Source: an uncultured bacterium
Lineage (GTDB): Bacteria > GCA-001730085
Length of the DNA stretch: 32,000 bases
Reading direction: 5' to 3'
Assembly: GCA_964565945.1 (NCBI GenBank)
Contig: CAZMGY010000024.1
Span: 1 to 32,000, forward strand
Program-made: the position numbers and the translations under genes
The notes under the pieces: model-generated
Database searches by the model: none
The model's input: only the letters and a program-made list of their open reading frames with translations
What the model was told of the DNA's origin: nothing
Shown: positions 1-8,548 of the stretch, piece after piece
Layout of the letters: the number at the start of each line of letters is the position of its first letter
Numbering within the stretch: the first letter of the stretch is position 1

Positions 1-229
1 GTTCGGGAAGCTTTTCTTTGTGAAAACTAACATTCATCTGTGCAAAAGGAGCCAACTCATGAAATCGTTTTCCACCCACCATATTGAACTCTTCATCCTC
101 AAAACGATCAATCCAGTGATACCGCGAAGGATCAATCTCAAGAACCTTCGATTTCATCACAATCCCCGTTATGGGCACAGCCATCCATACTGCAACCAGA
201 GACAGTAAAACTTTTCGCCCTCCAGACAT
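1..229 (-). CDS. hypothetical exported protein; only the N-terminal 76 codons are in the window
   Basis: Absent from the ORF track because it runs off the edge. ATG at complement 227-229 is preceded by an AGGAGGGG Shine-Dalgarno at 231-238. I translated the frame by hand and it stays open to base 1. MSGGRKVLLSLVAVWMAVPITG looks like a signal peptide. Confidence 0.45.
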   Translation of the reverse strand, partial: MSGGRKVLLSLVAVWMAVPITGIVMKSKVLEIDPSRYHWIDRFEDEEFNMVGGKRFHELAPFAQMNVSFHKEKLPE

Positions 230-320
230 ATCCCCTCCTAACATAAAGTTAACAATAAAAAACTAAAAAAATGATTATATATGAAAAAAGAATACTTATC
301 ATGACTTATTAAAATGACGA

Positions 321-689
321 TCATTCATGAAAAGAACAGGCCACCCAGACCCAAGACAGAATCAAGCAAATGCCACCAAGGGGCGTAACTATTCCAAACC
401 TGTTAATGCCTGATAACACAATTAGATACAAACTTCCACTAAAAAAAAGAACGCCTAGGGTCATAAGAACCAAAGGCCTTCCTTGCGATAAAATTTTGCT
501 TTTCCAAAGATACGCCAAGCCCATAAGAGCCAAAGCGTGATACACCTGATAAGTCACTCCTGTTTGAAAAATATTCAAATAGTATTCGGACACCTTACCT
601 TTAAGGGCATGGGCTCCAAAACCACCTAAGGCTATCGCTAAAGCCATTAGGATAGCCCCTAAGCGCATAAAACTAAGCGGACTCATCAT
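321..689 (-). CDS. DUF423 (YgdD/TMEM256-like) small inner-membrane protein
   Basis: The C-terminal 122 aa of the 198-aa ORF form four hydrophobic helices with a GGFGAH motif. The longer N-terminal extension overlaps the ferredoxin gene, so I placed the start at the ATGATG at 684-689, 4 nt after the ferredoxin stop. Confidence 0.7.
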   Translation of the reverse strand: MMSPLSFMRLGAILMALAIALGGFGAHALKGKVSEYYLNIFQTGVTYQVYHALALMGLAYLWKSKILSQGRPLVLMTLGVLFFSGSLYLIVLSGINRFGIVTPLGGICLILSWVWVACSFHE

Positions 690-693
690 AAAT

Positions 694-966
694 TTAATCA
701 AAATAGAGCTCATTGAGTTCGATTTGATGTTCTTGATCGTCTGGCAAGCTATCATCAGGAAAGATAGCTTCCACTGGACACTCAGGCACACAAGCACCGC
801 AATCAATACAATCTTCAGGATTGATGTATAACTGCTTTTTTTCGACACTTTCTTTATAGGAATCATCCCACTCTTCTTTAGTCGGATGAATACAATCCAC
901 TGGACAAACTTCGACACACCCTGTATCGCAGGTACCGATACAGGGATCCGTAATCACGTGAGTCAT
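694..966 (-). CDS. fdxA: ferredoxin, probably 7Fe ([3Fe-4S][4Fe-4S]) type
   Basis: CIGTCDTGCVEVCPVDCI and CIDCGACVPECP cysteine motifs. AAGGAG Shine-Dalgarno 8 nt upstream of the ATG. Confidence 0.85.
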   Translation of the reverse strand: MTHVITDPCIGTCDTGCVEVCPVDCIHPTKEEWDDSYKESVEKKQLYINPEDCIDCGACVPECPVEAIFPDDSLPDDQEHQIELNELYFD

Positions 967-1044
967 GATCTATACTCCTTTAATGTTTTTCTTATTCCAT
1001 TCAGCATTCTATCATACAGCCCCACCTCCGTCCATGCCATAGAG

Positions 1045-2409
1045 TTAACCTAAAAAAGCAAGAACATCGTTAAGAGAAGTGAATTTTTCGCGACACTTAT
1101 CCAAAGCTTCTCCCCGTTTGATTTCTTCGGCATTAATTTTTTGCCAATCCCCACAAGAAATCACGCGCACTTTTCTTTTGGCAAGATGTTGATGAATCGC
1201 ATCACTTGTCGGCTGCTCGCAGGGCGTTAATTGATCAAGATCACTTAATAAGGTGGCCATCGTTTTAACACTATCTGGTTTGTTAGTTCCAATAATCCCA
1301 CTAGGCCCACGCTTAATCCACCCCACCACATAAACACCGTCTTCAACTCGGCCATCACTGTGAGGAATCACGCCACGCTTTTCGTCAAACGGAACTCCTT
1401 GCAAAGGCACACCATAATACCCAATGCTACGGATAAAGAGCTGGCAATCAATTTGCTTGGTCTCACCTGTTGCCACAACTTTTTGAGACCCCGCCTTACC
1501 CTGCAACTCATTACGCCCTAAAACGAGACCTTCAACATCTTGATCCCCCAAAAGTTCTACGGGCCTTTCGAAAAAATGAAACCAAATGCGACGATTCTTT
1601 TGCCCCGTGTGACCCGTCTCTACAAGCAGCTTAAGCGCCTCTACATTTTTGCACGATTGTTTGTTATCGGGATGATCAATTTCTTTTTGATCTTCGGCCG
1701 ACAAATCTAAATCTTCGGCCGCCACAATCACATCACAATCGTTAAGTGTCCCAAGTTCTTTAATTTCGTGATTAGTAAAGGTCGCCTGAGCCGGACCACG
1801 GCGCCCCACTAAATGAATATCCTTAATCTGACTTTGCCCTAGAGCATCCAAGGCCTGCATACTAATCTCTGTATCCGCCAGATCTTCGCGTGTTTTGCCT
1901 AAAATTCGCGCCACATCTAAAGCCACATTACCATGACCAATAATCACAGCAACCTCAGCATCTAAGTTGAACTCATAATCTTGAAAATCAGGATGCCCAT
2001 TGTACCAGGCCACAAATTCGGTTGCAGCATGGCTACCTGACAGATCTATGTTAGGTACCGACAGAGTTCTATCGGTCTGGGCCCCGCAAGCCACAATCAG
2101 AGCATCATAATGCTGTTTAAGCTCATCAACAGTGATATCTTGGCCTACATTCACATTACCCCAAAATTGAAAAGTCTCATGCGAAAAAATGCGCTCATAA
2201 ATCTTAGTCACCGATTTGATCTTAACATGGTCTGGGGCCACACCATAACGCACCAAACCAAAAGGCATGGGAAGCTTTTCGAACATATCAATTACAACAT
2301 GTTGTTCAGCCTTTTGTAAAGCCTCGGCCGCGTAAAATCCGCTAGGACCACTCCCAATAATAGCAACTCGTACTGGACGTTCTTCTGAACCTAAAGGCTG
2401 CTCGTTCAA
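1045..2409 (-). CDS. fprA: NADPH:ferredoxin (adrenodoxin-type) reductase, FprA family
   Basis: Collinear with my recollection of mycobacterial FprA: VAIIGSGPSGFYAA, GVAPDH, VIIGHGNVALDVARIL, GWIKRGPSGIIGTNK. TTG start with AGGAAAGGTGAG just upstream. Confidence 0.85.
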   Translation of the reverse strand: MNEQPLGSEERPVRVAIIGSGPSGFYAAEALQKAEQHVVIDMFEKLPMPFGLVRYGVAPDHVKIKSVTKIYERIFSHETFQFWGNVNVGQDITVDELKQHYDALIVACGAQTDRTLSVPNIDLSGSHAATEFVAWYNGHPDFQDYEFNLDAEVAVIIGHGNVALDVARILGKTREDLADTEISMQALDALGQSQIKDIHLVGRRGPAQATFTNHEIKELGTLNDCDVIVAAEDLDLSAEDQKEIDHPDNKQSCKNVEALKLLVETGHTGQKNRRIWFHFFERPVELLGDQDVEGLVLGRNELQGKAGSQKVVATGETKQIDCQLFIRSIGYYGVPLQGVPFDEKRGVIPHSDGRVEDGVYVVGWIKRGPSGIIGTNKPDSVKTMATLLSDLDQLTPCEQPTSDAIHQHLAKRKVRVISCGDWQKINAEEIKRGEALDKCREKFTSLNDVLAFLG

Positions 2410-2435
2410 TATGCACTCACCTTTCCTCTTAGATC

Positions 2436-3071
2436 TTACGGTTTATCGGCAACTTGTTGGGCTTTATTTTTCTGACGTTTTTTGGAACGCTTGCATTGAA
2501 AAGATAAATCATCCACCAACTGCTGCAACTGTTTCTGATTGGTACCGTCGTAATATCCACGAATACGACCCAAATCATCCACCAACACAAAATATACACT
2601 ATGTAAGGCAATATTTTCAAGATGTCCTATGCGAAAATCGTTTTTAAGCAAATTGGTAATGGTATCTCGAGACCCTGTTAAGAAGTGCCATTTGCTCAAA
2701 TCTTCTTCATACTTTTTGGCATAAGTCTTCAAGATCTCTGGCGTATCATTTTCAGGATTCACCGTAAAGCTGACCATGCGAATATCCTCCAACAACTTAA
2801 ACGAACGGTGAACCGCGGCCATATTTTCACTCATCAACACGCAAGGACCAGGGCACGTCGTAAAAATAAAGTCCGCCACCCAAACCTTGCCTTTCAGGTC
2901 ATCCAAACCAAAAGCTTGGCCACGCGCATCGGTCAGTTGAAACGAAGACACTTGTCCATAAATTGGCAAAGACTTTTTGGTGTAACGCTGCAACCACAAT
3001 GGCAACAAAGCTAACAAACCAACAATAATAAAAATATACACCTTGCGAAAAGGATTAATTTTAATTTTCAT
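2436..3071 (-). CDS. SCO1/SenC copper chaperone (thioredoxin fold), membrane anchored
   Basis: FIFTTCPGPC CxxxC copper-binding motif with a downstream His, plus an N-terminal TM helix. Start placed at the MKIKINPF ATG (3069-3071), which overlaps the stop of the upstream small ORF as ATGA. Confidence 0.85.
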   Translation of the reverse strand: MKIKINPFRKVYIFIIVGLLALLPLWLQRYTKKSLPIYGQVSSFQLTDARGQAFGLDDLKGKVWVADFIFTTCPGPCVLMSENMAAVHRSFKLLEDIRMVSFTVNPENDTPEILKTYAKKYEEDLSKWHFLTGSRDTITNLLKNDFRIGHLENIALHSVYFVLVDDLGRIRGYYDGTNQKQLQQLVDDLSFQCKRSKKRQKNKAQQVADKP

Positions 3072-3262
3072 ACCAAACAATCTCCAAGAATAAGTCCTAG
3101 CAATAGCGACAAACACGCAACCGAAGCCAATAAAACCATTTTGGCTTTTTTAAGAGAGGGTGCCTCTACCAACTGCATCGATAAAACAAAAAAAGCAACT
3201 CCCAAGAGTAACGCTCCAAAAAAACACATCTCTCCAGCCATTTGCATGGTCACTGGTAACAA
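3068..3262 (-). CDS. small two-TM membrane protein, or the C-terminal remnant of a truncated gene
   Basis: Two hydrophobic helices. Its stop overlaps the SCO1 start (ATGA). The first start codon is TTG, with ATGs only at 3247 and 3241, and the frame stays open upstream to 3406 with no start codon. Confidence 0.3.
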   Translation of the reverse strand: MLPVTMQMAGEMCFFGALLLGVAFFVLSMQLVEAPSLKKAKMVLLASVACLSLLLGLILGDCLV

Positions 3263-3416
3263 AGAAAAAAGAGCACAACCACTCCGATTAAAATCAAGTA
3301 AATACCCAGCATTAACACTGAAAGAGACCGAATGCGTCCTTCTATCTCGATGAAGCAGACAAGCGTGAGGTAAAGGTCGTGCGCAAGTCCGTATTATATA
3401 GTTACATTAGGATTAT

Positions 3417-3445
3417 ATCCTACTGCCATTCATTTTTCTTGTCAA
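3417..3445 (-). promoter_or_regulatory. candidate sigma70-type promoter for the SCO1-fprA-fdx operon
   Basis: On the minus strand: TTGACA (3440-3445), a 17-nt spacer, then TAGGAT (3417-3422). The -35 box lies inside an AT-rich 8-1-8 palindrome. Confidence 0.3.
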
Positions 3446-3465
3446 GAAAATCTCACTCTTTTAGT

Positions 3466-4608
3466 TTAAGGCTGAAAAAACGTCCGCAGCACATGAACAA
3501 TATACATCACGTCTTCCTCGGTCAAATCATAAAACAAAGGCAAACGCAATAATCGCTCAGATTCTAAAGTTGTCCATTGATCGAAGCCATGCATTTTTCC
3601 CCAAGTTCGACCTGCAGGAGCCGAATGCAGCGGTACATAATGCATCACAGCGCAAATATTATGGTCCTCCAAATAATCAATTAACGCTTGACGCTGATTC
3701 ATATCTCTAAGTTTAATGTAATAAATGTGTCCATTAGGAGAAACAATCTGGGGTCTTTGAAGAACCCCTTGCTGCTCCAAATCCTCTAACTCACGATGAT
3801 AAACTTGACACAACGCATGCCGCTGATCATTCACCTGATTGATCTGTTGCAATTGCGGCCATAAAAAAGCCGCCGAAAGTTCATTTAGCAAATAGGAGCC
3901 CCCAACATCGAGCCAACAATACTTGTCAACCACGCCTCGGTCGAATTGACTCCGGTTAGTTCCTTTTTTTTGCAAAATTTCGGCACGTTCAACAAGAGAG
4001 GCCTCATTTACTGCCAAAAGGCCTCCTTCTCCACAGGTGATATTTTTTGTTTCATGAAAACTTACGCAGCCCAAATGCCCTAGCGAACCTAAAGTTCGTC
4101 CTTGATAGTCCACACCAATCGCTTGCGCAGCATCTTCAATCACAAAGAGATCATACTTACTTGCCAGCTCCATCAAAGCCTCCATATCGCAAGGAACACC
4201 CGCATAATGCATAGGAATAATCGCCTTTGTTTTGGCTGTGATTGCTGTCTCAACTAGGGCTATATCCATGTTCATCGATGAAGGATCGACATCAATAAAA
4301 ACTGGAACCGCTCCACGAATTACAAAAGCATTGGCTGTCGAAACAAACGTGTATGATGGCATAATGATTTCATCACCAGGTTGAATCTCGATCAAAAGAG
4401 CGGCAAACTCTAAGGCCTGACTGCATGACGTCACCAAACAAGCTTTGGGCACACGCATCTCAGATTCAAACCACTGCTCACACTTTTGAAAATAAGCATG
4501 CCCTGCTGATAGCTGCCTCTGTCGAATGGCATCTTGAACACACGCCTCTTCACCTCCTAAAACAAGAGGTTTATTAAAGACTATCCGTCCCCGAACAATG
4601 GCTTTCAT
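3466..4608 (-). CDS. wecE: dTDP-4-keto-6-deoxyhexose 4-aminotransferase (DegT/DnrJ/EryC1 family, WecE-like)
   Basis: Long collinear matches to my recollection of E. coli WecE: IIMPSYTFVSTANAFV, FHETKN (PLP lysine), KGTNRSQF, VDKYCW, YYIKLRD, ESERLLRLPLFY. Confidence 0.8.
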   Translation of the reverse strand: MKAIVRGRIVFNKPLVLGGEEACVQDAIRQRQLSAGHAYFQKCEQWFESEMRVPKACLVTSCSQALEFAALLIEIQPGDEIIMPSYTFVSTANAFVIRGAVPVFIDVDPSSMNMDIALVETAITAKTKAIIPMHYAGVPCDMEALMELASKYDLFVIEDAAQAIGVDYQGRTLGSLGHLGCVSFHETKNITCGEGGLLAVNEASLVERAEILQKKGTNRSQFDRGVVDKYCWLDVGGSYLLNELSAAFLWPQLQQINQVNDQRHALCQVYHRELEDLEQQGVLQRPQIVSPNGHIYYIKLRDMNQRQALIDYLEDHNICAVMHYVPLHSAPAGRTWGKMHGFDQWTTLESERLLRLPLFYDLTEEDVMYIVHVLRTFFQP

Positions 4609-4611
4609 TAA

Positions 4612-5400
4612 TTACCGTTCTCCCTTTAAAAAAGACATAACATTTCGATAAGCAATGTTCTCCAGTTTAACACTATCCACCCCCCGCGCCAAATATTCAA
4701 AACGTTGCCGAACCTTGTGATAGCTATATTCTGGAGAATCGGTACCAATGCATATTCGACGGTCGAAATGATGAAACAAAAACTTTAAATCCAAATCGAT
4801 TGAGCTTCCTTCATATTTGCACAACGTTAAAGACAGATCCAAAAGGACGTTATCATTAAACCTCACCAACTCCATATATTCCAAAACTCGCACATCACCT
4901 CCATGCACCAAAACCATCCGCACATGCGACACTGCCTTCAACAACTTAACCAACATACGTAGGGGGTCGTAGTCTGGATATCGCTCCCACTCACGGTGAC
5001 AATAGGTGCAAACAAATACGTTAAGCTTCTTGTCTGCCGCCAACGTGCACACATCCACAAGAATATCCCAGTCGTTTTGTAAACAAAAATCAGACAATCG
5101 CGGATGAATTTTGATCCCTTGAAACCCCAAGGCATGAATCTTATCCATCTCCTTAGCTTTGTCACTAACTCCAAAATCAAAGGCAGCAATCGGAATCATT
5201 GTTTCATATTTGCGAGCTTCTTCAATGAAGCTCGCATGACAATAACCATCTTGTCTTGGCAAACCTACCGCACAGCATCCCACGTAGTTATGATTTTGCA
5301 TCTCACGATCCACTTGCTCAAACGTAAGTCCTTGCCGCTGATTCAACCATGTTCCTGTTACCGTCGGATGCGCTAAAGCATCAAATAAGGGTAAAATCAT
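4612..5400 (-). CDS. metal-dependent TIM-barrel hydrolase (Amidohydro_2-like)
   Basis: Ordered ligand-like motifs FDALAHP, GIKIHP, VLVHGG, IGTDSP. Lies 3 nt upstream of wecE and 6 nt downstream of the ATP-grasp gene. Confidence 0.65.
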   Translation of the reverse strand: MILPLFDALAHPTVTGTWLNQRQGLTFEQVDREMQNHNYVGCCAVGLPRQDGYCHASFIEEARKYETMIPIAAFDFGVSDKAKEMDKIHALGFQGIKIHPRLSDFCLQNDWDILVDVCTLAADKKLNVFVCTYCHREWERYPDYDPLRMLVKLLKAVSHVRMVLVHGGDVRVLEYMELVRFNDNVLLDLSLTLCKYEGSSIDLDLKFLFHHFDRRICIGTDSPEYSYHKVRQRFEYLARGVDSVKLENIAYRNVMSFLKGER

Positions 5401-5406
5401 ATCTAA

Positions 5407-6549
5407 TCACTCCGAACTTTGAGCAATCAACGATTGCATCACGCGATTCATCGTTGTTCGTTCTTCAAAACCTAACAACATATTAGCCACATACTTATCG
5501 TACACAGAAGAATAAGCCGTCTCTTGCAGCTGATATTTATTAGCTTCATCAAGATTCATATGATTCGAACGAACCATAAACGAAGCAACATAAGGAGAGG
5601 TCTCGCCAGAGGAACTAAGCAGACCTTCCCATTCATGCCCCAAAGCCAACTCCACACACCAAGCTGTTAGATCATAACCCGATTGGTAAGCAATCGCCTG
5701 AGGAATAAAGTTGCCTCCAGCCCTTGGCCCTATCTCGATCACAAAGGGAGTTCCTTGTTTGTCAATACGCACATCAAAATTAAACGCACCATCGCCGTAC
5801 CCAACCTTATGCAATATGGATTGGATTATTTCGGTCGCCCGACTCAAAACCTCGGGGTCATGCGAACTGGGAAAAAATTCCGCAATCGGCTCCACAGCAT
5901 CATAAGTATTATCACAAAAACCATCGCCATAAGCGATATGAACAATTTTACCACGATAGACAAAACCATCTCCACACACCTGCGGACCTTGCTTCTCGAT
6001 AAAGTCTTCCACAATCACTTTCCCCTCAAAGGAATTAAGAAAGGCCCCATCCAAAGCCATTTCGATCTGTTTATCGGAGCGAACCACACTCACAGCCAAG
6101 CTTCCTGAACGATCACAAGGCTTAATCACATAAGGTTTTTCGCGCTTGTGACAATGCCTCCAAGCCGCACCAAGTGTGGAAAAACTCTGAAACGCTTGTT
6201 TTTGGATATAGCTTTCTTGCATAAACTGACGAAACCTCTCCTTATTGCACAAAAAATCGATAGACCTTCGTGAAGGACCTGGCAAATCCAAATGCGCCAC
6301 AAGTTCCACCATCGCGGGCACAGAAATATCGGAACCATAACTTAAAACACCGTCCACCTGTTCGTGTTGAGCAATCTCCAAAAGACGCCCAATGTTACGC
6401 GTACTCACGTTATAACTCTTATCCGCCAAAGCATGTCCTGGGTTGTCGGTGCGATTATCACAGGTCACCACGCGATATCCCTTTCGGAAAGCGTACCAAA
6501 TGGGTGGCAATTGAAAAGCCGCCGCACCTAACAACATAAGCGTTTTCAT
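5407..6549 (-). CDS. ATP-grasp carboxylate-amine ligase
   Basis: Rossmann-like N-terminal pre-ATP-grasp region (MLLGAAAFQLP), then YVIKP, IVEDFIE and a FNFDVRI..EIGPRAGG ATP-grasp core. Confidence 0.7.
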   Translation of the reverse strand: MKTLMLLGAAAFQLPPIWYAFRKGYRVVTCDNRTDNPGHALADKSYNVSTRNIGRLLEIAQHEQVDGVLSYGSDISVPAMVELVAHLDLPGPSRRSIDFLCNKERFRQFMQESYIQKQAFQSFSTLGAAWRHCHKREKPYVIKPCDRSGSLAVSVVRSDKQIEMALDGAFLNSFEGKVIVEDFIEKQGPQVCGDGFVYRGKIVHIAYGDGFCDNTYDAVEPIAEFFPSSHDPEVLSRATEIIQSILHKVGYGDGAFNFDVRIDKQGTPFVIEIGPRAGGNFIPQAIAYQSGYDLTAWCVELALGHEWEGLLSSSGETSPYVASFMVRSNHMNLDEANKYQLQETAYSSVYDKYVANMLLGFEERTTMNRVMQSLIAQSSE

Positions 6550-7211
6550 GAGACATCCCTCATAGCTAAATACAAGCCTTGATTAACAATCACCGAAGAA
6601 TGACATAATACATACTCAGCTTCGCCAACTACATCAAGGCATATCGCATCACTTCTTTCCCAGTCCGAGCTAGTATACTTAAGCACGTACGTATGCTTTA
6701 AGCCCTGCTCACTTGGCTGCCACTTTTGAAAACTGGTGTACCACATATGCCATTTGTCCTTATGCTTGATCACACACATAGAACCTGTGCCCAAAGGATC
6801 ATGATCACTACGATCCATCATCGGAACTCGTGACACACGTTTCGCCGAACCAATATGATTCTGAAAGGGAGTTAAAATAGTCGGCATCCATCCCGTATAG
6901 TAGAGAAACAACTTTTGTTCGCTTTGAACCACAGAAGGATAAGAAACATCATTTTCATCAAAATAACCCAACTCTCCAGGAATTAGCATAGGTTCTCTAT
7001 CTAAGCCTTCCTATTGCCAAACATCCTTCTCAATGCTAAAATGTCCTCGTCCAATATGAGAGTGATTAAAAGCATCACGCCCAGTTAAATATACTATCCA
7101 TTCACTACTGACAAGGCTTTCATGTACACAGGTCAAATCTGTTTTGTCTAATTAAGACATCTCTTGAGTTAGTTTAAGAATATAACTTAAAAGCATCCAT
7201 ACCTGTGCCAT
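6546..7211 (-). pseudogene. beta-propeller glycosidase-like gene (GH32/43/130-style blades) interrupted by two in-frame stop codons
   Basis: One frame reads from ATG 7209-7211 to the stop at 6546 with a TAA at 7152-7154 and a TAG at 7011-7013, and no frameshift. Blade-like repeats: WIVYLTGRD..HIGRG, LFLYYTGW..HIGSA, WHMWYTS. Only the last 147 codons form an intact ORF. Confidence 0.5.
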
Positions 7212-7214
7212 CAC

Positions 7215-7997
7215 TTACCTCACATCTAAATCAACAGAGTTAGCCACACGTTGAGAAGTTTGCACTTTATTGACCGCAAACAAAGCCATCCACCGCCCAC
7301 GAAAGCTTAACCAATCCAAAGGAACCTCGGGATCAATCGCTTCGACCCCATGAATCATATCAGCTTTAAAAAAACAAATATCCTCTACAGCTAAATGATC
7401 ATCCACAGACAACTTGTTACCACCTTCGGACTCAAGCACTAACCCCCCCGAATTAAAATCAGCCCCCTTGGTCGATAAGTTCATAACGGCAACCACGGTT
7501 TGGTGAAACCCTATGGGGTCACGGTGCTTATTCAAATAGCCCCCTCCGCGAGGATAGAACTGAAACGCTATTTTAGACACACAACCTTGATCGTCGTGAT
7601 GACCCAAAAAACGCGTCTCTTCAAAGCCATTGAGACGGTTTTTTAAACGTAAGACAGGATCCATCAGTCCAAACAGGTTAAAAACGTCTTGGTTCCAAGG
7701 AAAAAAAGTAAACTGATGAAACATTCCCTTCACATACGAATATTCACATTCACGATTAACACGATGAAAGTTCGGGCTTCCTACAGCAATCGGCTGATAA
7801 TTAGGCAACGAAGCCTGAGCAATGCCTTTTAAATACACACACATCTCCTCAGCCAAAGAGTGTGGGGTCACCTGTCTCACAAACAGCAACTCTCCATTAT
7901 GAACAGCATCTTGAACCTCACTCAAAACCTTGGCATCACCCAATAAATCTTCACACGCAACAAACGAATGAATGCTCCAGAATCCAACACTAATCAT
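7215..7997 (-). CDS. putative Fe(II)/2-oxoglutarate-dependent oxygenase
   Basis: HxD..H facial-triad candidates (YLNKHRDP, then ADMIHGVEA) and a distal RGRW arginine. AGGGG Shine-Dalgarno 7 nt upstream of the ATG. Confidence 0.5.
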   Translation of the reverse strand: MISVGFWSIHSFVACEDLLGDAKVLSEVQDAVHNGELLFVRQVTPHSLAEEMCVYLKGIAQASLPNYQPIAVGSPNFHRVNRECEYSYVKGMFHQFTFFPWNQDVFNLFGLMDPVLRLKNRLNGFEETRFLGHHDDQGCVSKIAFQFYPRGGGYLNKHRDPIGFHQTVVAVMNLSTKGADFNSGGLVLESEGGNKLSVDDHLAVEDICFFKADMIHGVEAIDPEVPLDWLSFRGRWMALFAVNKVQTSQRVANSVDLDVR

Positions 7998-8057
7998 TAA
8001 TCTACCCCTATCCTACACGGTAAGTTCTTAAGGTAGGGTCAGAAACACGGAACTGAC

Positions 8058-8330
8058 TTACACTTTTGAAAGCAACACTACAAAAAAACCTAAACATTGT
8101 GCCAACTTGGATTCTAAATCAATTAAGGGCTGATCTTCGAGAAAAACAGGATGATCAATTTGCTGATTAATCGCCCACCACACACATCCAGAAGGATTCT
8201 TCCCCGAACAACCCCATAGGTGTGAATCAAAGACAAATACCAATCCAGGTTCAACCTCGACCTGAATGGCCTGACTTTCTAACACAGGGTCAACGATCAA
8301 ATTAAAAAAGAAATCCTCCTGATTCATCAT
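8058..8330 (-). CDS. hypothetical 90-aa protein, possibly a dioxygenase C-terminal remnant
   Basis: Co-directional ORF within the cluster. VFVFDSHLWGCSGKNPS weakly resembles the PhyH-type 'fd..llHgSg.N.S' segment, but the His is displaced. Flanked by non-coding gaps of 60 and 218 bp. Confidence 0.3.
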   Translation of the reverse strand: MMNQEDFFFNLIVDPVLESQAIQVEVEPGLVFVFDSHLWGCSGKNPSGCVWWAINQQIDHPVFLEDQPLIDLESKLAQCLGFFVVLLSKV

Positions 8331-8548
8331 GCCACAAATTTACCCCTATCTTGCAAAAAATCGCCCCCATAATCGTTCATTTTCTGACCTCAACAAGCAT
8401 CTATTTTATCCCGCATCATCTTCAGTCCCTCTTAGAAAAAAACATTACTAAGCACTCAAAAACCATCACGTTCCAAAAGCACCCTAGGGTAATCCAAATG
8501 AGAGACATGTTGGCATTGATTCAATCTTGGATAGGCTTGCTAAGCTTT

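Noticed and set aside
20-208. 62-aa plus-strand ORF at the left edge, and the many other 60-160 aa ORFs antisense to or out of frame with the large genes (e.g. 2110-2319, 2685-3014, 5683-6108, 13545-13784, 18702-19172, 25067-25534, 29422-29733).
   Set aside because: Each lies inside, or opposite to, a gene with strong family motifs. They have low-complexity or odd composition and no ribosome-binding sites. The 20-208 ORF is opposite a better minus-strand frame that has a strong SD and a signal peptide.
690-917. N-terminal extension of the 198-aa ORF (321-917), overlapping the ferredoxin gene in another frame.
   Set aside because: The ferredoxin frame carries unmistakable Fe-S motifs. The DUF423 homology begins only at the internal ATGATG at 684-689.
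3434-3450. AT-rich 8-1-8 palindrome TTTTCTTG-t-CAAGAAAA after the wecE stop, considered as an intrinsic terminator.
   Set aside because: A 1-nt loop is sterically impossible, the stem is weak (A/U rich) and no U-run follows. It is more parsimoniously just the context of a TTGACA -35 box.
8003-8350. Identical 10-mer TACCCCTATC just upstream of both the oxygenase start (8003-8012) and the 90-aa ORF start (8341-8350), possibly a shared regulatory or RBS element.
   Set aside because: Hundreds of repeated 10-mers are expected by chance in 32 kb. The spacing to the ATG differs (7 versus 12 nt), and the core is simply an AGGGG SD-like sequence.
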